64,000 nucleotides of DNA. Source: Basidiobolus meristosporus CBS 931.73. Taxonomy: Eukaryota; Fungi; Basidiobolomycota. Where the stretch lies: assembly GCA_002104905.1 (NCBI GenBank), contig MCFE01000008.1:124001-188000 (forward strand), written 5' to 3'. The notes below the pieces were generated by a model. That model was not told where the DNA came from. It worked only from the letters and a program-made list of their open reading frames with translations, and ran no database searches. The translations under genes and the position numbers were made by a program. Of this stretch, positions 35,573 through 47,961 are shown one piece after another. The stretch's first letter is position 1; each line of letters begins with the position of its first letter.

Positions 35573-36496
35573 ATGCTGTTCTTCACAAGAAATTCACTCC
35601 TGGTACTGACTGCACTCGTTTCCCTCCCGTTTTTAGACGCAGCCAAGTTTCCCTATTGTAAAGGTAAGTATGCAATCAATTCAAGTACATGTAACCGTTA
35701 TCGCAAATACAAGCCTACAGGCAAAAACTATGAAAGCCAAATCCGCCAATGGGATTACGAAGACATGGACCAATTCAAACGGCACAAAGTAAAGCTGATG
35801 GTAAACGTATTCGAACATGGAAACACTGATTTTGGCTATCCCACCTGCGAAAACCTACACGATGGAAGAGGATACACATGCGGCTCGGTGGGATTTACCA
35901 CCGGAACCAATGATGCCTACCATGTTGTAGAGGAGTACCACAAGATACGACCAGGAAATCCTCTGGACAAATACAGACATGAGTTGAAACGTCTTAGTAA
36001 TTTGTCCTGGGAATCGAATGGCAGAGGTAGTGTGAAGAATTTGAAAGGATTCCCACAGGCCTGGAAAAAGACCACCTGTCAGGAACCGGAGTTTGTGGCG
36101 TTGCAAGACCATACCGCAGAAAATATGTATTACAAACCCGCACTCAAGATAGCGAAAAAGGTAGGTATTCGTTCCGAATTAGGAAGGGCGATTTTCTACG
36201 ACACCGCCATTCAGCATGGCTGGGAAGAAGATGACGGTATTAGCCTGCCAACAATCCTACGTCTGACTGGGCCTATGGACAACAAATGTGAAGAAGACTA
36301 TCTCGAAGAATTCGTGCACACCCGCTGGCAACTTCTGTGCTGCACCGATGACGATGTTTGGCCAGACTCTGCCGACCGCACCAGTGATCTGATGGATCTC
36401 GTTAAACGTGGAAACTACGAACTAAACCATGACATCAAGCTTGATGCCTATGGTCACGTCGTAACTGGACATGAAAAGAGTAACATGAGATGCTAA
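35573..36496 (+). CDS. Secreted GH46 chitosanase, intronless
   Basis: Signal peptide, then FEHG...Y...ENLHDGRGYTCGSVGFTTGT matching the GH46 catalytic Glu/Asp/Thr signature, and AIFYDTAIQHG. Confidence 0.88.
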   Translation: MLFFTRNSLLVLTALVSLPFLDAAKFPYCKGKYAINSSTCNRYRKYKPTGKNYESQIRQWDYEDMDQFKRHKVKLMVNVFEHGNTDFGYPTCENLHDGRGYTCGSVGFTTGTNDAYHVVEEYHKIRPGNPLDKYRHELKRLSNLSWESNGRGSVKNLKGFPQAWKKTTCQEPEFVALQDHTAENMYYKPALKIAKKVGIRSELGRAIFYDTAIQHGWEEDDGISLPTILRLTGPMDNKCEEDYLEEFVHTRWQLLCCTDDDVWPDSADRTSDLMDLVKRGNYELNHDIKLDAYGHVVTGHEKSNMRC

Positions 36497-36678
36497 TGAT
36501 CATCACAAGACTAATTTGTATATTCATCCTATATTATTCGATTGTAAATATAATTTTTGTTACCATAGTAATAGACCAAAAAATAGCTAATTTAATTAAA
36601 TTCCTGAATCATCCTTTTTTTATTTTCTTTCGAACTTCGCTTCCGCTGCGTTTCTTGTACTCTTTACACTTCTCTGCC

Positions 36679-36960
36679 ATGCAAGTTCACAGCGTGCATA
36701 GAGCTCAAGGAAACATCGAAAAAGATGTTTCCTTAGAGATTGACCCAAACAACCATCTGGCTAGTTTGGCTGATGCGATCAAGAAACTTCAAGCAGAAAC
36801 CAATGACTACTTGACCGGTTTGATGAAGAATGTGGGGACACCTGACGATCATTTAGAAGAAAAAGAGGAGGACGAAGAAGCGGAGGAAGAAGTGGAGGAA
36901 GAAGAGGAGGAAGAAAGTTCCTCTCCGGACAAAAAGAAACTCCGCGTGAAGGAAAACTAG
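36679..36960 (+). CDS. Small acidic protein, possible KEOPS subunit Gon7
   Basis: 93 aa. LASLADAIKKLQAETNDYLTGLM resembles the Gon7 helix (L..L...I..LQ..IN.FLT..M), followed by an E/D-rich tail. Confidence 0.5.
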   Translation: MQVHSVHRAQGNIEKDVSLEIDPNNHLASLADAIKKLQAETNDYLTGLMKNVGTPDDHLEEKEEDEEAEEEVEEEEEEESSSPDKKKLRVKEN

Positions 36961-37238
36961 GTAATACTCAAGACATTATGTGTCTGTCTGCTCGTTGCGT
37001 GAGCATTATAGCGCCATCTCGATAAGGCGCTTGTGAATAAATGAGTAAAAATTAGAAATTGGATTTTTTTGTGAATTGAAATACCCGGGCACATCAAATT
37101 TTCATAGGAAATTACAAAAGCAACTGCCTTGCTACGTTCAATACACCCTTCCCGTACATAAGTAGCGTAAAGGTTAGTAAATCCAAATACACGTATTATT
37201 CATCCATTTATATACTTACCGGCCTAGGTTTCTCTACG

Positions 37239-37568
37239 ATGCGTTATATTGCTGCCTACCTTCTTCTTACCCTTGGTGGTAACGAGGCTCCCTCTGCCTC
37301 CGATATTGAGAAGCTTCTCTCATCTGTTGGTATCGAAACCGACTCTGAGCGTGTTGCCAAGTTGATCTCCGAGTTGGAGGGCAAGAATGTTCAAGAATTG
37401 ATTGCTGAGGGTAAGGAAAAGCTTGCATCTGTTCCTACCGGTGGTGCTGCCGCTGCCTCCGGCGCCGCCGCTGCTACTGGTGCTGCTTCCGAAGCACCTG
37501 CTGCTGAAGTGAAGGAAGAAGCCAAGGAAGAATCTGATGACGATATGGGCTTCGGTCTTTTCGATTAG
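37239..37568 (+). CDS. RPP2: 60S acidic ribosomal protein P2
   Basis: [12 protein letters not shown]...PSA.DI, an Ala-rich hinge, and C-terminal [13 protein letters not shown]. Confidence 0.97.
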   Translation: MRYIAAYLLLTLGGNEAPSASDIEKLLSSVGIETDSERVAKLISELEGKNVQELIAEGKEKLASVPTGGAAAASGAAAATGAASEAPAAEVKEEAKEESDDDMGFGLFD

Positions 37569-38164
37569 AGAAATGCATTAATATTCCCCTATAGTAGCGG
37601 GTCTTCAATAATAAATCCTTCCAAGTAACATATGTAGACTATATTAATGAACGTTGTTGATTTTGGAGGATTGCATGACCTGGATCACCCTTGGCTCTAC
37701 CGAGCTATGGGATATTCTGAGGTCTGGTGATGATGCATGGCTCAAAAGTTTCTATGGACGGTTACCAAAGCTATATTGATGTATGGGCCAGTTACACATA
37801 ATCCAGAGAATTCCACCAACCATGGGAAGATTATGAAACCAAGGGCACCGTCAGCATGTATAGCCACCTTCATTTGGGTCCACTTGCTCGGATTCGCTCA
37901 GCTTGTCCACTCTTCGGCCCAAATTAGACTTGACATTACACGTAAATCATTGACCTAAACCATCGCATTATTCGAATATCAATAACGTGATCAGTGTCGA
38001 AGACGAATTATCTTGTCCCAAGGTATGGTAATCTGCAAGATTCTAGTTGTAAATCCAGATAATGCCACCTTAGTGCTAGTAATGCGTGATTGCTTGATAG
38101 TTACGAAAGTATAAATATTTCATCAATTCTTACAAGTCGGTATTCAGCAACCATTGGCCCTAAA

Positions 38165-39883
38165 ATGCGTGCACTATCTTCCTTGGCGTTGTTGAGCTTG
38201 GTATCCTTGGCTACTGCAAATTTCCCTTCCTCTCATCATATTTTGGCCGCTCGAGATGGCAGGTCTTGTCAAATAATTCGTGAAGGTGTCGCCCAGCAAA
38301 TTCGTCTGCTGGAGAGTCAGGGCGATGTCCATGTTGAGGAACGTCCACAAAAAGTTGATCATCACGGCTCTGCCCCAACACAGAGTGGCAAATTACTAGA
38401 GCTTATTGGTCTAGATCCTGATGTGGTTCGCAGCAAGCTCAATGAATATTGTGACAACGTTGTCCACGCACCAAACAAACTCGTAGCCAGAGCTGTGGAT
38501 GATGAACTGATTCCAATCAACAAAAGTGGTGATCCGGCCAACCGTATAGATGTCGTTTTTATGGGAGATGGATACCAACTTTCTGAGAAGCAACGATTCG
38601 TTGAGGATATGCAAAGATTGACTCATGACATGTTTACTGGCAATACTTTTGCCTCATACCTCCCTCTGTTCAACATATGGGGACTCTTTAGGCCTTCAGT
38701 TGATTCCGGTATTGGTGTGGGGGGTAAACCAAAGAACACTCCTTTCGGTCTTTATAGAGACGGCACTGAGCTGAGAGGCATTTATCCTGCCAAGGAAGAT
38801 GAAGCCCGCGCAGCATGCAATGCTCTAAAACCCTACCAATGCGATTTCCCCAGTTTGATTGGAAATGACGATTACTATGGTGGTTTAGGCGGTGAGTTTG
38901 TAATCTCCACACGATCTCCCACATCAGGCACTGTTGTCCTTCGACATGAAATGGGCCATAGCTTCAACGAGGTAGGTGAAGAGTACGATGGCGGTCAAGT
39001 TTATGAAGGAGTAAATGCAGCACCATCTCTGGAACAAATCACTTGGAAACAATGGGTTACTGGTCCTCTTAAAGAGCAACGAAATGTCCAAAGAGTTCAA
39101 AACTATGCTTGGTACGATCTTGCAAAGGGCCCCTACAACGTCTCGTTTACTTCCGACGGAAAATACAACCGCTGGTACATGAAACTTAGTGTTTCTGGAG
39201 CCGAAGTTCCTGATTCTTTCGAAGCATATCTTGATGGAAAACGCCTTCCTTGGAAAACATCTGGGCTCCTTGACCGTAGCTTTTATACCTGGTTTGAGGA
39301 AAAAACCCCATTAAGCGCCGGTAACCACACTTTGGTCTTCAAGTCTGATATCGCTCCCCAGCCCGGTGCACCTATTCGTCAACTATGCTCAATTACTCTA
39401 CATGAGTATGGTAAGGAGTCCGAATACCATTGGAACAACAACTATATCAATGCATACCCCACTTTTGATTACAAAAAGCGCAAGACATACCGCCCTACCA
39501 ACGAGCGTTGCCTAATGCGGGATATGTCGTCGGAACAATTCTGTGCCCCTTGTAAGGAAGGACTTTGGGCAAAATTCCTTGCTAGAGTATCTCTAATTGA
39601 TGAGTTGAAAGCCACACCCACACCAAATGGCAAACAAATTGAAATCAACCTAACACCCATTCGCCTTGCTCATTTACGTGAAAAACGTATCAATAATGAG
39701 AAATACACACTCACCTGGTACAAGAATGGAAAGAAGCAACGGGAGTACAGCAACAAATACAAATTCACTCTGCCTAAGCAAAAGGCCACCGGTGAATGGA
39801 CAGCTGAGCTACACTTCAGCACTACCGAGGTTCGCGCTGATCCCAAAAACCTTTTGACCTCAAAGAAGTCCATTACAATCTAA
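38165..39883 (+). CDS. Secreted M64 (IgA peptidase-like) metallopeptidase, paralog 1, intronless
   Basis: Signal peptide from ATG 38165; IDVVFMGDGY, YYGGLGG, HEMGHSFNEVGEEY, CLMR and FCAPC. Confidence 0.88.
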   Translation: MRALSSLALLSLVSLATANFPSSHHILAARDGRSCQIIREGVAQQIRLLESQGDVHVEERPQKVDHHGSAPTQSGKLLELIGLDPDVVRSKLNEYCDNVVHAPNKLVARAVDDELIPINKSGDPANRIDVVFMGDGYQLSEKQRFVEDMQRLTHDMFTGNTFASYLPLFNIWGLFRPSVDSGIGVGGKPKNTPFGLYRDGTELRGIYPAKEDEARAACNALKPYQCDFPSLIGNDDYYGGLGGEFVISTRSPTSGTVVLRHEMGHSFNEVGEEYDGGQVYEGVNAAPSLEQITWKQWVTGPLKEQRNVQRVQNYAWYDLAKGPYNVSFTSDGKYNRWYMKLSVSGAEVPDSFEAYLDGKRLPWKTSGLLDRSFYTWFEEKTPLSAGNHTLVFKSDIAPQPGAPIRQLCSITLHEYGKESEYHWNNNYINAYPTFDYKKRKTYRPTNERCLMRDMSSEQFCAPCKEGLWAKFLARVSLIDELKATPTPNGKQIEINLTPIRLAHLREKRINNEKYTLTWYKNGKKQREYSNKYKFTLPKQKATGEWTAELHFSTTEVRADPKNLLTSKKSITI

Positions 39884-41971
39884 ATTATCTGCATAAATTA
39901 AACCTAATCATGCATTGATTCAATTGCATTTGGCATCCGAATTATCGCTCTGTATCACAAGTGGTGATAGAGCATCAAACCTCCATCATTAGTTCCTATA
40001 AGCTAACCAAAAGTGACCTGAAAGCCTTTAAATGTCTCATTCGTTAGCGTGATGATCTACATTCACAATAAAATATCAGCACAATATGAAGATCCTTTTG
40101 ACAAAAACCATGACTGTGAATGAATGCAGCTTAATCATAACATTTTTATGTAATGCATAGTGGCCACCATTATTGTCGGGTTATATCCCAACGCTGCTTC
40201 ATTTTTTTATACGTTTGCATCATCAACCGAATGATCTACAAGTACGGGCGATATGAACATTGTGTCGTGAGGTGAAGCCAAGTGCTGTAATCCGAAATCC
40301 CAAATGATCAAGAAATTGTGATATGGTCAGCACATGAGTCTTTAGAGACTGTTTCAAATTACAATCAGATCGTTTCAATTTGGGTGAGATTCGACGCGTC
40401 AATATCGCGTACTCGGCCCCATCCGCTGTACCACTCTCTTGCACGAGCACTGACTTGGTAAGAAGCGTAAGCTCCGTGAACAAAGTAAATCAATTCAATT
40501 TTCAGTATACATATACTACGCGTCAATCCATAAGATTGGCCAATCTGCACTAAGCATTCGGATTAAAAAGGATTTGGTAAAACGACATGGGCTAGAATGT
40601 CACTTTCGTAAATTCTATTGGACAAAGGTTAGGAGTCATCAAAGAGGGGAGCCAATAAACAATCAACAGTGTTGGTATCCGCATAGCTCGGCGCAGTACT
40701 TGATTCCATTTCCCTGTTATCCTCAATCAATTGGTCCAATTCTGATTTACGATTCTAAATTGCTTATGTTTGGTGCTTGGAATTGCCACATAAACCCTGA
40801 ATTTTCTTGATTAAGATCCCGAGGATAGTTTCCATTCTCGGCACAATCGGTCTGATGATGCAGTATATGAGAAAGAGTGGTTTGTACTTTATTTGTATTG
40901 AATCACATGAATGCATATATTATTATCATTGCTATTGTTGTTTCTCCATACTAACTCCACCTCTGTTTATGAAACAATTTACAGCACACGGGTTCGGGAA
41001 GTGTGTTTCAATCCTCTCAGATTAATCACAGTTAATGAAATAAACTCAATTAACAGATAGCTTGGTAAAGGTGGCCAAACTTCAATCTCGCAATTTTGTG
41101 GAATATGGCTTTCAACCACTACCGCGATTGCTTCTACCATTCCGATTTTCTATTGAGGTCCCTGGAATATAGGGTCTAATATACTATTTAAAAGTTACAT
41201 ACTGTAGTTTTGGTAGGTGGAAATACCATCCCCAAACCGGATCTGAAATTGTTCTGCGCATTTATTTTGGTTTCCGCTTTTGAGGACTACGCTTTTCTTT
41301 TCTTCACTTGAACTTGAATTTTTTTCCGCCTTTTACTCTGTGTTGCTCATTGGAAAACAACCAAGGAAACCTGAAAATAGAGCATTTCAAACACAAAAGG
41401 CTTATAACGATCACCACTCAAAGAGCCAGAAATACGAGAGAGTTCAAAACATTCCAACTTCTTTTTTGGTGACGATAGCTCATTTAGAGTCAGCACGAAA
41501 GAGGAACAACAACAGTGAATGCTTTAACCTGTTCATATAATGAACTAGCGTCTAAAACATTTTACCATTCGCATATTCAACTTTAAACCAGAACGTTTAT
41601 TATTCAAACTTGCCTTATTAACAATCCATCCTTCTTAATTTTGTACCATTTATATTCTATTGCAAACCACTCTTCTGCAATCCTTCTAGTTGAAAGTAGG
41701 CCGATTCCAGTTTACTTTATAATTCCATTGAATTTCTTGAAGGTATTTTCCGATTTCTCTTTCTTTAGAATTTTCATCAGTTTAGCATGTTTAGAAGCAT
41801 GTTGTTACGTCTACACAATTAGTTGTAATTTATTTTTAAAGTATTTTGCTAGCCTCACCTTTTTAACACTTTGTGAGGATTCGACGAGCAGTTCCCATTT
41901 GATTTCTTGGTTTTCGCCTTGATGAATTCAAGTATTTACCATTTTTATATTCTAGGTTATATTCTTCTGGG

Positions 41972-44900
41972 ATGACTTCTAAAACACATAGAGATAAAAC
42001 TAGCCCTTATGGGTCTAGTTCAGAAGAAGATCAGGGAATAATTCGATGTATATGCGGGTACTCAGAGGATGATGGTTTTACCATACAGTGTGAGACTTGT
42101 TTAGTCTGGCAGCATGCTGTATGCGTTAATATTGCCCCCGACACAGTACCCGACAAATATCTTTGCGATATTTGTATGCCAAGGCCTCTTGATGTTAAGG
42201 TACATATTTTAAATCCTGCACCCACGTTTCTCTTATTTAACCGTCCTAATATTTTTTTTATTAATTAGAGAGCCAAGGAACATCAGCGACTCAGACTCGA
42301 GGTTCTGCAACGTCAGCAAAAAGAGCTCTTCAAAAAGCGACCCAATATCAAATCCAAAAAGCCCAACGATAGGGTCATCAATGGATATGGTATAGTGATA
42401 AACCCCGATACCAAAAAGAAAAGTGGATCCAAAACCAAAACTCGACCATTTACGCAACGGCGGTATAGTGATACTGTTGACGATGATTCTCATAACCAAG
42501 GTCCTATGTTCCTTGAACAGGATTTGAAGTACGAATATATCGAAGATAACTTACTTACCGATGTCGACGTAACCGAAATATTTCATAAAGCCGCCAAGGA
42601 AGCTAAAAGATACTGTGCCAAGGGTAGAGAGGACTCAGGGGACAATGAGCATATCGACAAAGACGAAAGTTCACCTAGCGGAAGACGTCGGTCATCTTCA
42701 ATTGATAACAGCCCCATAGTATTTATGGATAATGCCTTGCTGTCAACTCCAAAGTTTCGAATTGGTGTGCATGAAATTCCTAATGAGGCCAATCCACAGT
42801 ACCCGCAATTTGGATTATTCGCTGATTCGAACATCTCGAAAGGTAGATTCATCATCGAATACAAAGGCGAAGTCTACCTCAAATCAAACTACAAGCGTGT
42901 TCCAAACAATCAATATAGAATCTTGGGAATACCGAAGCAATTTGTGTTATTTCACCCTACCCTCGACCTCTGTGTAGATTCTAGACGTTCTGGTAACGAA
43001 TCCAGGTTTGTTCGAAAACATTGCAAACCTAATTCAGAGCTTCGCACAATAGTCGTTACCGAAGGGGATAGTACGATAGCACATTTAGGAATATTCTCCA
43101 AACGATTCATTCCCGAGGGCGAAGAGATCACCATCGGTTGGGAGTGGGACATCAACAACCAAGAGTTGGATTCCATACCCAGGGCTGGGTTTACTCATCG
43201 CAAGAAGCTCTCTATGAATTCTTTGATAGCTACATTCGGGTGCGCTTGTATGGAGCCTTCTAAATGTCTAATATACAAGATTTTCAAATCTGAGGTTGAT
43301 GAGAACTCTTCAGGAGAGTCATCTGATGACAAAATGAGGATCAATCGGGTGATCAAAGTCAATGGCCGACAGGAGGCTAGCGATGAAGACTTTGATATCG
43401 ACAACCTTTCTGGCGAGGACTCCACATTAAAAGCCGCAAAGCCACCTCTTGATGCTCAAACAAAGAGGAAGCCAGGTCGTCCACCTAAGCGCAAGGGTAC
43501 GTCTACTGATGTAACAGCTATCAAGGGTCATAAGACTCCAGGAAAGCGTCGGAAAGAGCGAGAGAGCTCCCATCCGCATTCTTCCCCAGTTCCGGAACTT
43601 TCATCCGACGGAAGTGTATCGGTAGACAAGGATGTTAATTTTGAGCTCAAATCGAAATCCAAGCATCGATATAACTCATCGCCTTTAATGTCCTCCGATG
43701 AAGAGACATACAATTATAAGGGGCACAGCGTGGACGATAGACGGAACAAAAGGATGTCTTATTCGCCTATGGAATCCTCTGAAGATGAGAGACATCGCAG
43801 TCCTTCAAAGCGTGTCAAAACGAATATTGCCAGAGTAGGTCTGAAAAAATATTGGATCCAAAAATATCAAAGATACGGAGCCGACTCTACGAGTAAGAAA
43901 TCAGAGCCTGAAATCACCAACAAAGGCTTGGATAGTGAAGAGACAAAGAGATCCGATTTGTTATCTAGTGGTGGAGTAGATGTCGAAAATTTCGAAGAGG
44001 GAGACATTATTGTGGATGAACCAAAAGTCGATAATCTTGATGTCACATCAAAGCATCACTCTGCAACTGACACTTCACGCAAGAATGATCTCGTAGTCAA
44101 AAGTAGGAGTGCAAATGAAGACTTTGATAGGAAGAAATGTGACCAACAAGACTTGCCAGTGTTAGATCAAAGCACACAATCCCAAGGGAAACTGGAAGCC
44201 TCTTACGAAACGCAGCAGGACAGTTCAAATGAGGTAGATAATTCGTTGGCCAAAGATAAACACTCGGAGGATGCAAAGGACTTGTTGGAAGGTGCTGCTA
44301 TATCCGATAATTTGCCCATACCTTCGTCTCCTGATCCCCAACAAATAGTGGAAATAGACGTTGTCGGTGATAGCCCAGAGACGATAACACTTAGAGTTGA
44401 CAATAAGATATTGCCGGAGAAGCCCTTGGTAAGATCACCAACAGACAAGTCACCTGAAAAGCCCTCGTTTGTAAAGCCAACAGCAGAACAATCTGATGAG
44501 ACATTGTCCAAGGAGTCTTTATCACAAATCCCTGAGTCAAAGGTGGTGACGAATGAGAACTTGCCTGAGCCACTTATTGAGCAAACATATGTCGATAAGC
44601 AGCCTTCAGGAATTGACCAGGAAACCTCCAAGGATGCTGATATCCCTAGCCAGCAAAGTAACAAGGTTTTAGACTCCCCGCAAGCCGAAAGCACGACTGC
44701 TGAAGCAGCAACCGAGCCAATCAATATTCCACCTACCAAAGTCAAACTGTCACTCAAAGAGTATCAAGAAAACTTACGGAAGGCTCAGAAATCTCACCAA
44801 GAAGAAGCTCAGCCACATGCAGAGAAAACCAACGAACTTCAAGATAATGATAAGGTTGATCACAAAGCTGAAGAGACAAAAGGTTCAACGACCAATGATG

Positions 44901-46288
44901 AAAGTGCACCTGGTCCTGAGAGTGAGAGTGTAGGAGCAAATGCAGCATCAACACCGGGCAAAGTCAAAATATCTTTGCAGGAATACAATTTGAAGCGAAA
45001 GCGTGAGAGCAGCGCTCCTTCCGCTCAGAAGCAAAGTACCGAGCTTCAAGAAGAGAGCGGCGCGGATAAATCGGGAGAAAACAAGTCGGAGAATACCTGT
45101 ACCAACGGAAACGATGGTGAAATGAGCGAAAATCAACAAGAGGGTACTGTACCCAAGGATGAAACTAAGGAAGAAGTAACACCTGTCAAATTCGAAGAAC
45201 AGGCTGACCTTATTCCTGTTCCGAAAACCGAATACTTCCCTGTTAGTTTTCCGGTAAAAGATCTTGCTGTGGATACTACTGTCCTGGAAACAGACATTTC
45301 TTCAGAAACGAAACTAGATACCGCATCTTTGGAAATAGATTCTCAAGTTAGTCCAGTCGACACTTCACCACTACCGAACCCTCGAGATAATACAGAAAAC
45401 CCTGATGAGCATAAAAAATCATCAGCATCAACACATACTGATGATATTGACTCTCCATTGCCATCACCGTCGTCCGTAAAATCCGGAGGCGTTCCACCTG
45501 TCACAGAGACAACACCACCTAACCCCACACAGTCTTCCAGTTATCAGTCGAAGCCATATGACCCGGCAAACCCCGAAGATCCAGCCGAGGAGGGCCAAGA
45601 TCATCCTAAGGATATGGGAGAGAGAGAAGCTGAATATTATGGACAGAGATCCGGACCTCCCACCTCAGGCCGCCGTAGTGATTCCTATCGCCCAGGTTAC
45701 CGGTTCGATTTCCGAGATGCTCGAGACCGGGAGCCGCGGGAGCGAGATTATCGCGATATGAATATGAACGCAGCAGGGCTGCCATCAGGGCCAGGGTGGT
45801 CAGATGACAGATATCAACGAGATAGAATGCGTGAGCGTGACCGTGATAGAGATAAGGATCGCAGTCGGGCGCATAAAGATTGGGCCTCTCGGGATTCTTA
45901 CCGAAGGTTCAACGGTATATATCGGGACCGTGACTATCCATTTGGCCGTGAAGGATACGAAGTGGATAACCGGTATTCAGGACGCATGAAGTCTGGTTCG
46001 TTTGGTGTGGTTGCACCAGACTATCGCGACAATCGCTATGGTGGTTTCCGAGCTAACAACTACCCGCTACCGCCATCAGTACCGTTCAATGGTCGAAGTA
46101 GCGTAGAAGAGAACAGGTTCAAGGATAGCAGCAATCGAGATTCTCCGTACGGATCGCCTGGAGCCAATCCAACACCACACATGCCTTCCAAATCGCTGGA
46201 GAACCATAGCAATGATAAGCACATATCCTCTATACCGAAGCCTAATCAATGGGCCACTGTTCCAGGTAGTAATAATACGCGTTCATAG
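41972..46288 (+). CDS. SET3: PHD-SET domain protein (Set3/Set4/MLL5-like); intron 42200-42268
   Basis: PHD finger IRCICGYSEDDGFTIQCETCLVWQHAVC, degenerate SET domain (VDSRRSGNESRFVRKHCKPN, EEITIGWEW), and a long low-complexity C-terminus. Confidence 0.88.
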
Positions 46289-46957
46289 ATGACTAGAAGC
46301 TCTTACCTTTTTTATTCCTATAAATTCACACGATCGATTCTCCCTTTAAATGCTCCATGTGTATACTTGATGTTGTTTATCATTTTATTTGCGTGTTTAT
46401 TTTGCAAAAAGAAACCCCACTATTTTTGCGTCGGAAAGTCACTACGTTTTGTTGTCACCATTTCTTCCACAACCTTTTAGCTTTCTTTTGTGTATCCACT
46501 ACCCGCATTTTCTTGTAATTTTTTATTATATATCTAATTTTCCTGGCAACCTGATGTCTTATGTAGCTTCCTGAGGCCAATGATGCGGGGATGATTTATG
46601 GATACTGGAGTGTAGATGGGTGCCTGCGATGGCTTCACATCATTACCATCAGTGCGCGTGGTGTTTGTTAAAACTGTCTATTCTACTAAATTTCTCCTGA
46701 TCATCCCTCATCGTGAACGCCATAACTGCTTAATTTTCAAATGATCTTTATCTTGACTTTACCGACTATTAGTGATTTATTGAAGCTGAGATTTGCTTGA
46801 TACCAATCAAATAAACGGCTGCTTATATAAATTCATCACGATATCTATGTCCATACAAAAGCTGTATAATATATAGACTGTTGAAAACGAAGTGGATGAG
46901 CCCATGTATGACTTGCGAGAACTCTGTCCCTTGCCATGAGCGCGTATTACATCTGCT

Positions 46958-47608
46958 TTAGCTTTGGGATGCTTCGGCCATCTCCACTTCAGTATCCTCC
47001 TCCCCTTCCTCTTCTTCTTCGTCTCCACCCTCTTCTTCAGGCAAGGACATTAAAAGAAAATCAACAATCTCTTCATGGTTGCGCTGCTGGGCTTCGAACA
47101 TAGCAGACCTTTTGCCTTGGTTTTGAATCTGGGAAAGGAACCGTTATAAACTAGACGCCTTGAACTCGATTGAAGCGAAAGCTCTCATCCTTCTGGAAGT
47201 AACCTTACCTCCTGATCAGCACCAGCTTTCACTAGCGCCTTGACGATTTCCAAGTGTCCGTTCAGGGCAGCCCAGTGAAGTGCGGTATTCCCACCCTCGT
47301 TTTGTGCGTTTATCGATTGAGGTGGAATCTGTTGAAGAAGGAACTCGACAATCTCTGGTTTGGTGGGAGAAAGAGGAGCGTTTAGTCATTAGACGAGAGT
47401 TCAGAAGCCACCAATAGCGAAAAGTTCCCCGGTTCCTACCTGTATGTCCATTGGCACTTGCCATGTGAAGTGGGGTATTGCCATTTGCGCTGCTCGAGGC
47501 CAATATGGAAGGGCCATATTGCTGGGAAATCTGTTGGAGATCTTCTAAATCGCCATATCTGGCAGACAGCACTACCTCGTCAATTACGTCCTGTGGGAAA
47601 ACGGTCAT
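46958..47608 (-). CDS. YAR1: Ankyrin-repeat protein Yar1-like (Rps3 chaperone), 3 exons
   Basis: ARYGDLEDL, GNTPLHMASANGH and GNTALHWAALNGHLEIVKAL, with an acidic tail. Both splice junctions restore the frame. Confidence 0.8.
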
Positions 47609-47961
47609 TTTCAACGTGCCAGAGGGTCAACGCTCGGTATTCACTATTTTGGAGAAACCGCCAAAGTCATCATCATCCATCAAAAAAAATCCCAAAAAAA
47701 AAGGACTTTGATGCTCCCGGAAACTTGGCCAGATTGTAATGTGCGAAAAAGGGGGATCGAACTCGCATATTCTGGTGAATTCGAACCCGCAGATGGTCAA
47801 CAAATGATTCAGTTGATGACAAATGCTGCGCATACACTGGAGTGGATATTTATGACGCATCAAATCGGTCCCTAGCATTAACCTCTATAACATTCACTAC
47901 GTTAATTTAGCAATTCTTCGGCTTTGTTAAACACATAGAATATTTCTCACATCTCCAATCC

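Noticed and set aside
36490-36678. Hydrophobic N-terminal extension of ORF 36490-36960
   Set aside because: It is AT-rich intergenic sequence read through by chance. The plausible start is ATG 36679.
37212-37220. ATACTTACC resembling the U1 snRNA 5' end
   Set aside because: It lies in the branch-point region of an apparent RPP2 5'-UTR intron, and no U1 stems or Sm site follow.
35573-39883. Absence of introns as proof of horizontal transfer for GH46 and M64
   Set aside because: Native genes here (RPP2 CDS, most of SET3, ABCC and ATP1) also have long intron-free stretches, so this is weak evidence without a phylogeny.
47750-47790. Two B-box/T-loop-like motifs (minus strand GAGTTCGATCC and GGTTCGAATTC)
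   Set aside because: No T-stem pairing, acceptor stem or cloverleaf could be built, so this is not a tRNA. At most these are isolated TFIIIC-like sites.
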